Of a stretch of 64,000 nucleotides of DNA, positions 12,760 to 25,491 are shown in pieces. How positions within the stretch are numbered: position 1 is the stretch's first letter; each line of letters starts with the position of its first letter. The position numbers were made by a program, and so were the translations under genes. The stretch comes from Setoptus koraiensis (Eukaryota; Animalia; Arthropoda): NCBI GenBank assembly GCA_048013815.1, contig CM106586.1, positions 18,352,001-18,416,000 on the forward strand. Reading direction: 5' to 3'. Below the pieces are notes generated by a model, which worked only from the letters and a program-made list of their open reading frames with translations, did not search any database and was not told where the DNA came from.

Positions 12760-15396
12760 ACTGTAGTCGGCGGTTGTGCGAGAGCCCGCCAACATCCACG
12801 GTGCACATGTAAACATGCTGCCAGATATACGCTTACGGGGCTTTGAGGCCCCGAGAGGCCCGCTCATCGGAGGCCCGCTCATCGGAGGCCCGATCGTCGG
12901 AGGCTGTGATCAGATGCGGACTAATCAATTAGATTGCACGGCCGGCAGCCGAGTTCACGCGTGAATTTAAACCGCCTGCACAGTTTGCGCAGTGCCCAGA
13001 CCGGCCGCCTGGCGGCTGCCCGTCACCGGCCACAGTGGCCATTGTGGCCAGTTCCGGTCGCGTGGGCACCGGCCGCGACAATGTTGTTGTTGTCGCTGTT
13101 GTTGTTGTTGTTGTTGTTGCTGTTGTTGTGCGTGTGACGCAATTGACTTTGCCACACAAACAACAAATTTGTCAGCCGAGATGTCCGGCCGCCGGCTTGG
13201 CTGCTGTAACTGGGCCGTCGGTATATCACGTTATCTGATCAATGACGCTTTAATTCCCGACGCCGCGGCCGCCGCGGCCGCCGCCGGCCCGATATGCAAC
13301 ACAAAAACTCGCAATGGTCGCTTGTTTCTTTTTGGCGGCGTCATGGTCCGGCAGTCGCTCAAACAGCCGCCATTGTGCAAGAATAACAATCGCATGACAA
13401 ATATTTACTTTGGCCCCCTCGAAGCGGCTCGCCGATCGCCGAGGGACGCATCGTCGTCGGTTTGTTTTGTGTGTCGTCACTGTGTTGTTGTTGTTGTTGT
13501 TGCTGTTGTTGTTGTTGTCGTTGTTGTTGTTGGTGCTGTCGTTGCCGTTGTTGTTGCCGCTGTTGTTGCCGGTGGTTGCCTCTCTGCACACAATCTATCA
13601 AGTGAGCTCCAGCGAGCACCATCTCTGGACAGTATATAATAGACGCTTCGGCCACATAGGTAGCGGCTTAAACCCACACACGCCGGGCGCATTCGTGATC
13701 GCATGCAAACTCGCCCACTACATCGGCACGGGACCCCAATAACAACGAGGGCCGATTTTTTCAAACACGCCAGAGAGTCGCACGTTGTGTTTGTTGTTGT
13801 TGCGACGTGACACAAAATCGCCAGAGAGCGGCCCCCCGAATCAGTTGTTGAGAGCGCTTTGTTTGCTCTCTCGAACTGACCCAATCTCGCCCGACAGCTC
13901 GCACTGGAACGCGTTCGATTAGCGCCCCGGCCTCGCCGATTCGTCACCGAATTGGCGCCCGAATTTCTTCAATTGCTTTCTCGCATTGCGGCTCCGCTCA
14001 CAAGTTGTCAGTATCGGCGGCGCTCGGCTCGCCAGCGGAGCTGTAAGCAATAGACAGGAGCGGCCGGCAGCGCCAGCCCACACCAGCCGCTCATACCCGG
14101 CCCTATAGAGGTGCCCAAAATGACGCACCGCCGCTATGATACCGGGTATGTTGGGCGCCAGTTTTCGAAGCCAGCTTTCGAAGCCAGTTTTCGAAGCCGG
14201 TGGCGGCCGGTGAGCGGGCGGCTTTGCGGCTGCCCGTTCACGAGTGGTCGGCCAATAATCGCGTGGCCGATTATTAGCCGACCGTTCGCGGCGGGCGACC
14301 AGTTTTAGCGCGCTATTCAAGAGCGCAACGAGTCGGGTTCGGGTTTTGAATTTTCAGCGGCTCGTTGGCTGGCAGATTTTTTCATAGGCAGGCGCCAAAA
14401 AGGGGCCCAGATGCCCGCAAGCGCGCACTTGATAATTGCACTGGTAGTAATCAAGCGATGAGTGACGGGCGATGAGTAATGAGCAATAAGTAATGAGTAA
14501 TGAGCTGGGCGATGGGGCCAAATTGAGAGTCTAGTCGCAATCTAATACACGATCTGTGTTGTGGCGCTGGCCGTCGTTTATTTGATGGGCGCTGGTTGGC
14601 TTTTTGCTGCCAGCCACAAGTCGCGCACAACTCGTCTCGCGCTGACCAGCTCGTAATGATGGCGAGTGGTCATATTATAACATGTTATTATATTTTGGCG
14701 AGCCGCCATTCGAGTGCCGCCGAGAGAATCGGCGATTTATCGAGATTTCGCACAGAATCGCATTGAATCGGGCGCTCACATTTTCGCCGGCGAGCTCGGT
14801 GTGACAAGTGAGAAGGGGCGAGCTCGGTGTGGCGAGCGAGAAGGGGCGAAAGTGGGGCCCACGAGTGGCTGATGTATGGCGCCCGGTCGACAGTGCGCAC
14901 CGTGCACCAGAGTGCGCCGGCAGAGTGCGCTGGCAGAGTCGGGTGCACGACGCTGCAAATCGGACACCACTCTCGCCACTTATAATCCCATCTCAGCCGT
15001 AGTGGACAGTGTTGCAGCAAAGCCAATTTTGAGGATAGGTCAGTCAGAGCGACAGGCGCCCGACGAGAGCCCATCGAGAGATATCTCTAAATTCATAAGC
15101 TGGCGCAATTGTACTTTCAAGTTATTGCTATAGGCCACATATTGGATGGGCGCAATATCTCGAAAGTGAGCAGCTCAGTTCGGGCCCAACTGCGGCCCGA
15201 TCGCGGGCTCGCTGCGGGCTGGCCGCTGGGGCCGCGAGCCAGTTCGGCTCGAATGGGGCCCATCTCGTTTGGGCCGAGCCGAGGCGAAGGCGCGACTGAA
15301 GTGTCAGCCACGGCACACGATATACACATGATGTAACAGTAATCTCGTCTCTTTTTATTTGCCAATCCGGTTTGTTCGGTCTGTCGGTGGGGCCGG

Positions 15397-15461
15397 CGAG
15401 ACTCGCTGGCTGGTAGCGAGACTCGCTGGCTGGTAGCGAGACTCGCTGGCTGGTAGCGAGA
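15397..15461. repeat. 20-mer CGAGACTCGCTGGCTGGTAG x3
   Basis: Direct reading. Confidence 0.92.
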
Positions 15462-18221
15462 AATTTGCAAAGAGGCAAAGCTTGAGTTGGATTGGGGCGG
15501 AATATTTTGCGCAATATCTTGGGCAACATTGTGCTGTTTGCGACGACGAGCAAGAGGCCAACGGGCAACTGTGATTGTACATACGCAGTGTACGGCCACA
15601 ACAACAACCTTGCGCACACCTTGAAGATGGGGCCCCAGATAAGAGGGCCTACTTTGGGGCTTGTTTGCAAGCGCTTTTTGTGCTGTGTCTGGCGCTGCCG
15701 GAGTAGTGCAAATTCGAGCAAAAGTACCGGACTTTTGCTCCAACTTGTTTGTGTCTCTTCAATGGCTGCTCTTTTGTGAACTTGACACTGTTACAACATT
15801 ATGATATGTATAAAATGAAAAAATATTAAATGATACATGCATGATATATACATGCAGCTGTATGTTTGACAACGGACATCATTACAAGCTCGTCGCTGCA
15901 ATATCCTCATGCCAGATCCTCATGCCAGATCCTCATGCCAGATTCTTATATGTATCCGATGACAGTTACAGTATTCACATATTTATGTCAACTCGTTGGC
16001 CTCTGCTCGTGTTCGGCTCCACACGAGTAGAGAGGCCAACGAGGGGCACGCGTTTGTTGGTTGTTGGTTGTTGCATCGTTGAGTCGAGGCCCAACATGCA
16101 GTTACGTTCAGCAGAGAGGTCAGAGAGGTCAGAGCGGCCAGAGATAGCCGATGATGGCGTGTTAGTGGCGGCTTAGCAAAACGCGTTTAGCCATTGTGTT
16201 TAGTGTCTCGGTGTCTAGACACATTTCGCTAACACAAAGTCACAAAGTTGTAAAACACTGACCGCAATATGCACAAGCCGCTATTTGTTTGTTGGCGCGC
16301 AAGTCGCCACACGATTCTTCAGAGCCCAACAGTTGCCACGGACGTTCGCATAATTACTTGCTCTGGGCCCCAGAGTCTGGGCTCGCTGGCAAATGTATCA
16401 TACGCTGAAATATACGCATATATTTGCATCTTGCTCTGTGGCCGACACACAAGCTGTCATGCTGTTCATGCTGATTCAGCAATGACCAATCTTTCCGCTA
16501 ATCGGTCAATAGTTAATAAATTAATTAAAAATTAATTAGGCGCGCCATTGCGCCCGCTAATTAATTACTAACTAATTGGCCCTGCATAGTCATGCGAATT
16601 CAATAATTGAACTGGCCGCAAGAGAAACAAAATGATTGAATCGCAGCTCGTCACAAACTCGAATACTTCACACCGCTGCACACATGTAGCCCACATGATG
16701 TGGGCCGTTTCGGCTGTCACGAAATAGCATTTGTGACCTCAATAGCGACCTTTTCAAACAATACCATTTTCGCCCGTTGTGTCCGACATATCGGACATTT
16801 ATTTTATCTTAATTTAAATACAGTGCGCACCACTAACAAGTAGTTGTGACTCACAACTTGTGAGTGATTCAAGTGCGCCCGCACCCGTCCACAGCGACTG
16901 TTTATCAGCCGAGTGTTTATCCGACGAGTATTTATAATAAGCCAGCGCCAATATCCGACGCTGGCCAGCTTTGCAGCGGCCGGTTGCTGTTGTACGGGCT
17001 CATTTGCAATGGTTTATCGACGGTAATTGATTGGAAGCCGAACAGAATTAATTGAGCAGTGGCGGCCGCCAAAAGTGTAACAAAATAAGATAGTTAGTCC
17101 CATGATCTGCGGATTATACCCGCCATCACCGCACCCATGTGATAATCAGAGGCCAGCCGATCTCTAAATGACATCATGTTCACACTTAATCCCGGCCGGC
17201 ATCTCACCTGCGGATCGCGCGTTCGGATCGCGCGTTCGGATCGGGCGTTCGAATCAAGTGCTCAGATCGAATGAGAGGTATTAGGTATCAAGTGTTGGGT
17301 ATTAAGTTTGCGTATTACGTATTGGCTGTAGCTGGTAGCCGAGGGGGCACAACAAGATAACAAGAGCACGACAACAGTGTTAACACTGGATCCAATGGCT
17401 TGGGGCGCTCAAAAAAGGGGCCCCACTAGACGTCGGTTGTTTGTGCCGGCCGGCTAAGCTCGACCACCTGGGAACAAGTGGCAGCCATACAAGCCAGTTG
17501 GTGGTTAAAATTGGCCGATAAATTGTTTTTGTCATCAGCTGACAATGTTGCTGGTGGGCATGTTGTTGGCCTGAACTGATTTAGACTGACTCACTGGGGC
17601 CCCGTTGGCTGGCGCAAACTGTTTACAATTCGTTGTGGTCCGTTCGCTCGGGACCCCAAACACACGCACAAACAGTTGGAACATACCGACAGAGATACGG
17701 ACAGAGGCAAGCGGCAATCAGTGGTGAAAAGTTGCCGATGACTAACAACAACTATTCACTTTGTTGTTATTTCTAATAGTGTCGCACGTCCGTGGCATTA
17801 CATAACCCCGTTTGAGCTGTGTACGCCAGTGCTATATGTGGCAGTGATATCACCAATACGCCAGTGCTATATATAACACTGCAGTATTGGTGCAAGTGAG
17901 TCGCGAATGTCGCTATAATCGGCTGTTCCGCTCACTTTGCACAGTGTGCCCGCTATTTGCCTACGATTACGTGATTTAAATACCAGACGACCGATTGTGC
18001 GGCGCGCCAGCCACCGGCAATACTTAATAATAGATGTGTGTGTGTGTGTGTGTGTATTATGTAATAAGTCTGCAGTAATCTCTCGGTGTGATCTGGGCCC
18101 CATTTCTGGTCATGGCCACTGGTAATTGGCCGCACTGTGTTACGTAACAACTCACACACACAATGGAGGAAATCTGGACAAATCTTGCGTGAGACTGTCA
18201 CCAGAAATGGCCGCACAGCAC

Positions 18222-18305
18222 TGACGTTACCAGTGACGTTACCAGTGACGTTACCAGTGACGTTGCCAGTGACGTTACCAGTGACGTTACCAGTGACGTT
18301 AGCAG
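18222..18305. repeat. 12-mer TGACGTTACCAG x7
   Basis: Direct reading; two units carry a variant base. Confidence 0.95.
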
Positions 18306-19567
18306 GTCCAGCCAGTGGGGCCACCTTTGCGCCCTTGGCTGGATTGGCGTGATTTGGCACATCTAGCCAAGGCATTGATCCCTGGCTGTTGGCGCACAGC
18401 AGCATTTATGGTATGCTGTGCATTTATGGTATGGTCAGGGGCCCAAAAGAGAGTTGTGACAACAAACAAAAGATGCCAGCCGTCATTGTATGCTCAACAA
18501 TGTCAAGTGAGCACGCACTTTCTCAGTTGGGCCCCAATGAGTGGCATTTAAGCACAAACTGGGGCCAATTCAATAGCTATCTATCAGTGGTGCAACAACG
18601 ACCAAATTCATGTTGCGTAAGTGGCGCCAGCAGCGACGTAATGATCATGAACAAAAAGAATTGGCCCCCACCCCCACACACACACTGTGAGAAATAACAG
18701 AGAAATAACCCCCTCTGCCCCCCGCACACACGCACACACACGCACACACTGTGTCAACGTAATTTCTATACACACACACACACACACACACACGCACCAA
18801 GGCAAGCTCGTTCAAGTTGGCGGCCGGCTGAAGAAGCTCGGCGAGCCAATGAAGGCAAAAATGAAAGTGAATAAGCTCGCGCTTGCACGCGCCTAAGCCC
18901 GTCCTAATGTCTAATGATGATCAACGGAATAGAGCGATACAAGCGCCCCCTCGCCCGGCCCCCAGATACTGTTGCGAGCAGACGCAAATGTCAGGAAAAT
19001 GTTTGAGAAGTGGGGCCCCACTTTGTAGCAACAACAGAGTATAGAAAGATGTTTATTATTGTGAATTATCATGCTTTGATGCACAGCAACAACGGCAACA
19101 ACAGCGCCAACAACAGCGCCAACAACAGCGCCAACAACAGCGCCAGCCACTGGCCTTGCTCACCGCCAATGCGCCCCCATTTGTATCATTTGCGGCCTCA
19201 TCCATTTAATCAAGCCACTGGCGAGCCCCCTTTCCTTAATGGTGCCCATAATGATATCCGGTTGGCCGGGCCAATCAAGCGGCCATTGTTGCCGCTGTCG
19301 TACACCACATATACATAGGCATATATGTGAGAGTATGATATTGAGAGTTGAGATTTCTACAATCTAGAATTAGCACAAAGCCGCTGCTGCTGCTGCACAA
19401 ACTATAAGTATGCCATTCATGATAATAATGATTTTTCGCGTTGTCACAATGTAGCCCCTACATTGCAGAGTCATGCCAGGCCAAGACACGAAAACGTCAG
19501 GCCAAATCTCGGCTGCCTCGGCCTACCTGACAGATGAACAGAGGCACCGTCCAATAGAGATCTGTTG

Positions 19568-19650
19568 GAATTCCGACAGATTTCCAATTGAAATTCCGAC
19601 AGATTTCCAGTTGAAATTCCGACAGATTTCCAATTGAAATTCCGATAGAT
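19568..19650. repeat. 23-mer GAAATTCCGACAGATTTCCAATT x3.5
   Basis: Direct reading. Confidence 0.9.
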
Positions 19651-21821
19651 TGGCAACAGGCCAATCGAACACGACTTGTGCTACACAAGCGTATTTAATC
19701 GATTATTGTTATTTGCATATCATCATCAGGCGGGCGCCAGCTGAACTACGAGATCTTTATTGGGGCCCACAATTAAATGCAGCGCCACACAGCGAGAGAG
19801 TGCAAACTGATAATGATTACATAATGATTCAACAGACGCCGCTAGTCGTCGTCAATCTCGGCCAATCTTTCGCCTGGGCGTCGCTCTGTGGCCGCTTATC
19901 TTATCTTGTTGCGTTTCACGTCGTCATCTCATTACGTCTTATCGCCAGTAGCCGTTTGCACGTTGCAAGTTGCAACTGGCTACCGGCAAATATCCGCGAA
20001 TTTTGTGCATTCGGTGACTATGACACTGACAACTTGCGACTCGCGTCATTGCGAGACTCCCAGTCCGAAAGACAACAAAACAGCCACTGCGGCTCAGTTT
20101 GTTCGCTGCCGAGTGGGGCCCACGATAACTGGATCCGCTGTGATTGCGCGCCAGTCGGCGACCAGTTGGATACAGCGCCATTGATACACGCATATTTATC
20201 CATGTAGCCATGTAGCATATCCGGCATATCCTATTTTTGGCTCAATATATATTCAGGCACAGGCGTATAGGGCACGGAACAGGGCAACAGGGAACAATAA
20301 TTTTGGTTTGTTTTGAATATTTAAATGATGGTCGCAGTTGATATCAGCACCTCGCAGCAGCAAATTGCGCCATCTATTACATCATCGCTGTATTTTGCAT
20401 AACTGTATTAGTTGTTGTTGCGCGCTGGCGGGGGCGCACATTCCGTCCACCAGGCACAGTTAAGCAACATGCTATTGCGATATGGGCGCGCGCGCGCGGA
20501 TAATTGGACTTTGGGCCCCACGGAATGAATCAAACTGAAGCTCAGGGCAATTTTCTCTCTCGCACTGTCTCTTCTTCTGGTTTGCTGGGCGCCCCCTGGG
20601 CTCACTCTGACTCAGAGTCTCTGACTCAGGGTCTCTGACTCAGGGTCTCTGACAAACACAAGAATGCGATACAGTCCGAAATCGAGTGGCGCCGGATAAT
20701 AAGATCATCATGCTCAAGTGCTTTAATTCACCTGGATGATCTAATGTTGTGTTGTTTGCATGTTGGTGTCCGTTCTCTGGCGTGCACAAACGTAACTTGT
20801 GTGTATATATACGCAACAACGTCGGATATCATTCATAGATATACATTGCGCACGAGTCACATGATTGCTGGGGCCCCACAAGATTTGTGTGCCAATGATG
20901 TGCGCGGGAGCGGGGGCCCGCCGGCATTTGCTGGCTTGTGGGGCCCACAATCTAGACTGCACAATCTAGAGCGACCGACAGCGGGTTTGTTTCCGAGAAC
21001 ACACACACACACAATTACTAGTGGTACAAGTCAAAGTAATGTCTACTAAATCAAATAATAATAATATAACACTTATCATAACCTTCATCTAGCTGGCTCG
21101 CGTAGTATATTTGATACTACGCGCCGGCAAGACTGGCAATTGCAATATCCAGCATGCCACATACAGACAAAAGTTTCGCCCCAGATACCCCAACCCGATA
21201 TAGAGATACCTTGCGCTACAGCGGCTCCATTTAATAGGTATTGCGGGGCTGCTTGTTTGTGGGGCCCAGCGAGTATGCAGAGTGCGAATGTTAGTTTCGC
21301 CAGGCACTTTCGATGAATGCTCTCTGTCGGGGAACGAACTCATTTGAGCGTAAGATTAGGTTAGCTCGAGACGACTCGAGCTCGAGGTTAGGTGGTCGTC
21401 TCGAGCTCGAGAAATGCACACACACACTCTATCTATCTATCCGCTGAGATTTCCATGGGGCCAAAATCTTTTATTCTTTACCAATGAATAATGGTATTTT
21501 CGCCCCCGTGGGCTCCGATGGGCACCCAAACGAAACGCGCCCAGTCAAATTGCAAATGCGAAATGGCAGCTGTAGCGCGTACGTATATCAACATGGCAAG
21601 TGGGCCAAAAGTCTGAAGTGTGCCACTCCGAAGAATAATGCGCGATTTGCTTGCTCGAGCAGGCGACAATTAGTTGTCGGTGGTGCCCATCGGACGCTCC
21701 AATTGCAACGCTCTCTTCGGATCGGATCGGCCCGCTCGTCGGCGGCGGCGGCGGCGGCGGGTTTAAATTCTCCCCGAGAGAGGCGCCATTCGTGACCATT
21801 ATGGCGCCACCAGTTATATCT

Positions 21822-21933
21822 TTGTTGTTGTCGTCGTTGTTGTTGTCGTCGTTGTTGTTGTCGTTGTTGTTGTTGCTGTCGTTGTTGTTGTTGTTGTTTC
21901 TGTTGTTGTTGCTGTCGTTGATGTTGTTGTTGC

Positions 21934-21967
<34 letters not shown>

Positions 21968-21980
21968 GCTGTTGCTGTTG
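21822..21980. repeat. Long imperfect (TTG/TCG/CTG)n microsatellite
   Basis: Direct reading. Confidence 0.92.
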
Positions 21981-22936
21981 TAGTTGGCAGAGCAAATGCC
22001 GGCAAACGGCACCAAACGCAACGAGCGGCACGTTTGGGGATCCCCGCTCGCCAGCCTCGAGAATGCCGAGTCGAGATTGATTGATCCAGCTAACGCGGGC
22101 CACCAATATCAGCCGAGTGTGTTGTTGGCTGACAGTCGGCCGACACTCTCAGCCTGAGAGTCTCAGGCTAAGCGAGTTGCCAGCAGACAGTAAATAAAGC
22201 AAACAACGTACAATTGCCATGCAACTTGCATAACTAAATTGTGATTATGCACGCAAGCACACAAAGAAAACCATTTATAATTTCTTTCAAGTGTGGGGGT
22301 GGGGGCCGGGGCCAAACAAAATGCTCGATGCGTCCCGTCGATGGCTACCAATGGCTACCAATTGCGTAAACTGTAAACTCAAAAGTGCAAACAATCCAAT
22401 CATTTGTTGGCCGACATAGAGACACTTAAGACTGGCGAGAAGAAAAGAAAAGAGAGGGAGAAATCTTTTTTTGGCAACAAAGAGATAATGTTGAAACGTT
22501 GTTGTTGTTGTTGCACACGAAGCACCATTGGTAATTTCTCCCCGCTGGCCCGTTGCGGGACCCCAGAGCCCCGGCCTACACAGTGTGTCGAGTAGAGCCG
22601 GCTCAGACGGACGGGCTGCCGGATTGGGGCGTGCGGCTTTTGGCCTGGCCTGGGCCCCAGTGCGCCAGTGTAAATCCAACGTAATGATGATACGAATATG
22701 GCCAGGTGAGCGAGCCTAGAGCTGCCATTATATCCATGCATAATGGTGACGGTAATCGAGTAATAGATACAAAGGCCAGTGTGTCCATTATGCGCGCCAT
22801 ACCATATCATCATCTATTTGTATGTGGGTGCAAAATACACACTTCACACTTGGCGCCCTTGTCTATAGACAACGGCCAGGTGAGCTGAAATTGCGACTTA
22901 TGAGCGCACAGTAATTGCAATGGCTCGTTTTGATGC

Positions 22937-23008
22937 GCGACTCTCGCTTGTGGGGCGACTCTCGCTTGTGGGGCGACTCTCGCTTGTGGGGCGACTCTCG
23001 CTTGTGGG
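22937..23008. repeat. 18-mer GCGACTCTCGCTTGTGGG x4
   Basis: Direct reading. Confidence 0.95.
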
Positions 23009-24200
23009 GCGCCCAGGTGACGGTGTCAGCGAAAAGAATGGCGAAAGAGCGGCGCGGATATTTAATCAAACAACTGCCACGGGCCAGCTAGAGCAGCTCA
23101 CATTGGGGGCCTATAAAATGGGGCCTGCCAGCGACTCACAGCCAGCCAAGGGTCTGTGTGGGGGCACGCGAAGCCGGCCGCGAGCCAGGTCCGCCCACGA
23201 CAAGGATGGCGCGCGATAATGACGACAATGGGGCCGACATCTACGACAAATTGTCCTGACCGAACGAGCGTGTCGCGAGCTGTGATCCAGTCGCTAGGTG
23301 GCCCAAGCCGAATAGTAGCGCCCCCGTTATCGCGAGCGAACCTGACAAGCTCGTTGCTGTTGGCCGTTGTTGGTGTTGCTCTGGCCGTTGTTGGTGTTGC
23401 CGTTTTAGCGTGTTTAAATCACATTAGCAAGCGACAGATAGATTGAGCGAAAAGGATGATTGGCGACAGACAATAAGCTCGCTCGATAAATAGATCGGGG
23501 CCCAATCCATTTCGCTGGCCGCTCGGCGCGTTCGCTGTGGCGGCGCTCGCAGCAGAAACTGTTCGCCATCAAAGCGCCCTTTTGGGCTTAAATAGATTCG
23601 CCCTCTTCCTCGTTGCAAGTTGCAACGGTCAAACTGGTTCGCAGTCTCAAAGCCGAACGCTGCTCAAATAGTCTACTTGAAATAGTCTATTTGAAATAGT
23701 CTATTTGAAATAGACGCTCAATTGAATGGCGCGGTCGAATCACGTCGCGCAAATTACACAATAACGTTGCCGTGGCCGACGATCCGTTCGCGCTGACGAT
23801 CCGTTCGCGCCGGCAACGGCCACAGAGATTGGCTGCAACACATTGTATGGATATTTATTATTTATTAGCCGCTTTCTGGCCGCTGCGAGCCGCTTGGAAA
23901 TTGTGAAAAAGATGAAAAATTCCGCTCCCAATTGGCCCGATAATTGCCCGATATTTGGCACACGACACTAGCGCCAGACGGCAAGATTTTGCGGCCACGA
24001 CCGATACTTCCACAAGCCATCCATTGTGGCAATCTATTGTGTTGTCGAGCTCATGCGCTTGAGCTGGGCGCCTTGTGCCCCAGCAAGCGAACAAATATCG
24101 GCGCCGGAAGTCGGGCTGCGTCGTAGCCAGTTTTTGCAAAGCTGGCACAAAATGTAAAAGCGATAGAGGAAATAGTTGAAATAGTTGAGCTGAAACTCAC

Positions 24201-24611
24201 CAAACAAGTGTAATTGCCCGAGTCGTTTGCTTGAACTTGATCAATGACTAAATGCGACTTTCGTTGCTGTATCAAGGTGAAATAATTATCACTTCCGGTC
24301 AGTGGCTGTTGCTGTTGGTGTAAATTTTCAAAGTTTTGTTTCAATTTTTGGCTGCTGCTGCTGCTGCCAGACAGTTGAGCTGAAGTGGCGCTCGCGTATT
24401 TTTTGTTGGGGCTCATTCTGTCGTCAACGGTTATGAAGGGTCCAAAGCGGGGCACTTGCTGTCCTTGTTGCTGTTGGGGATAATTGTGATTTGTGTGGCG
24501 CGTCGCTGTGTCAGTGTCGCTCGAAGCAGTGGCACTGGAAGCGAGCTCATTTCTATTATTGTTTCTGTTATATCTCTTTGGGCGTTTGCTGAACATGTCC
24601 AAGTGGACAAC
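24201..24611 (-). CDS. dpr: dpr exon 4 (Ig2 with long insert; ends SHLVIDQVQANDSGNYTCL)
   Basis: ttttag|GTT acceptor in phase 0 and TTG|gtgagt donor; DSGNYTC Ig motif. The following G-strand exon was not located. Confidence 0.88.
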
Positions 24612-24876
24612 CTAAAATTGTATGTGTACAAATAGGGACAAATTAGATAAACAATAACCAATTATTATATAATCATCATGCGGCGCAAACGTACGTAATG
24701 GCACAGTGTGCGCCACGGCCACATTGCGACATTGCGACATTGCTACGGCCTGTTCATTATTGGCGATTATGTTATTATTTGCCGCCGCCGCCACCAGGTA
24801 AGAGGATAAAGATTGGCAAGGGGGGCCCACACAATGCAGCCCAGAGGAGTTTGCATTGTGTGCTGGCTGTACTCAC

Positions 24877-25076
24877 TTGGTTATTTTTGTACCAGTAAAT
24901 GTAGTCGGGTTGGTCGGGCGCAAACACGGTGCAAGTGAGATTAAGTTTGTCGTTTAGGCGCAAATAAATAGGCGTAGAAGAGTTGTCGCCTATTTGTGAC
25001 CGGGCCTCAACTACATTTAAATAAATAAGGCGACTTATTTTGGGCTCCAGCGATGACACTTGGCACTCGTACAAAC
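24877..25076 (-). CDS. dpr: dpr exon 3 (GLYECQVSSLEPKISRLIYLNVV...LNLTCTV...YIYWYKNNQ)
   Basis: cttag|GT acceptor in phase 1 and CAA|gtgagt donor; completes Ig1 (D.G.YECQVS) and starts Ig2. Confidence 0.92.
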
Positions 25077-25087
25077 CTAAGCGGGCG

Positions 25088-25149
25088 ATGTCGCACAACC
25101 ATGTCGCACGATGATGTCGCACGATGATGTCGCACGATGATGTCGCACA
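25088..25149. repeat. 13-mer ATGTCGCACGATG x4 next to the dpr exon 3 acceptor
   Basis: Direct reading. Confidence 0.88.
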
Positions 25150-25343
25150 GATCAACATCATCGCCGTCAGAAAGATCGGATAGTCTGGATTAGCTTGGTG
25201 GGGCCCAGATGAGAGTGATAGCGTAACGAGCTTGGGCGGTCCCCGCGGCGGGGGCCATGTGCAAATTGTCACCGTTATGCGTTATGCGTTATGCGAAAAC
25301 GACAACGACAACGTTCAATTTCGGGCACCGGCCAGCTAATTAC

Positions 25344-25491
25344 CTGTGTCGCCCTCTTGCGGGTTCCTTATTATCAGTGTCCAATCTAGCAGATCGTGTT
25401 GATTTAAAACGGGCTCAAATTTTCCGTCATCTCCAAAGGCCTGCTTATCTATACTCAATATGGATGAATCACTTTTTCTAATCCATGATAC
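25344..25491 (-). CDS. dpr: dpr exon 2 (VSWIRKSDSSILSIDKQAFGDDGKFEPVLNQHDLLDWTLIIRNPQEGDTG)
   Basis: atacag|GTA acceptor in phase 0, matching the exon 1 donor; G|gtaatt donor; VSWIR and WTL.I...Q..D.G Ig-V motifs. Confidence 0.9.

Noticed and set aside
17247-17255. GTTCGAATC tRNA B-box-like motif
   Set aside because: It is the end of a 13-mer tandem array, with no cloverleaf or A-box.
19568-19650. 23-bp repeat resembling a CRISPR or iteron array
   Set aside because: Head-to-tail tandem copies without spacers.
10091-23960. Many overlapping 60-260 aa ORFs in the track (e.g. 10091-10873, 12992-13639, 15117-15743, 21588-22106)
   Set aside because: They are shadow ORFs from GC-rich, stop-poor and microsatellite sequence, with periodic or homopolymeric translations and no domain motifs.
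24051-24200. Read-through tail of the dpr exon 4 ORF (VSFSST...LPAPIFVRLLG)
   Set aside because: It begins at a consensus GTGAGT donor. The nearby acceptor at 24142 gives an out-of-family frame, so I treated it as intron.
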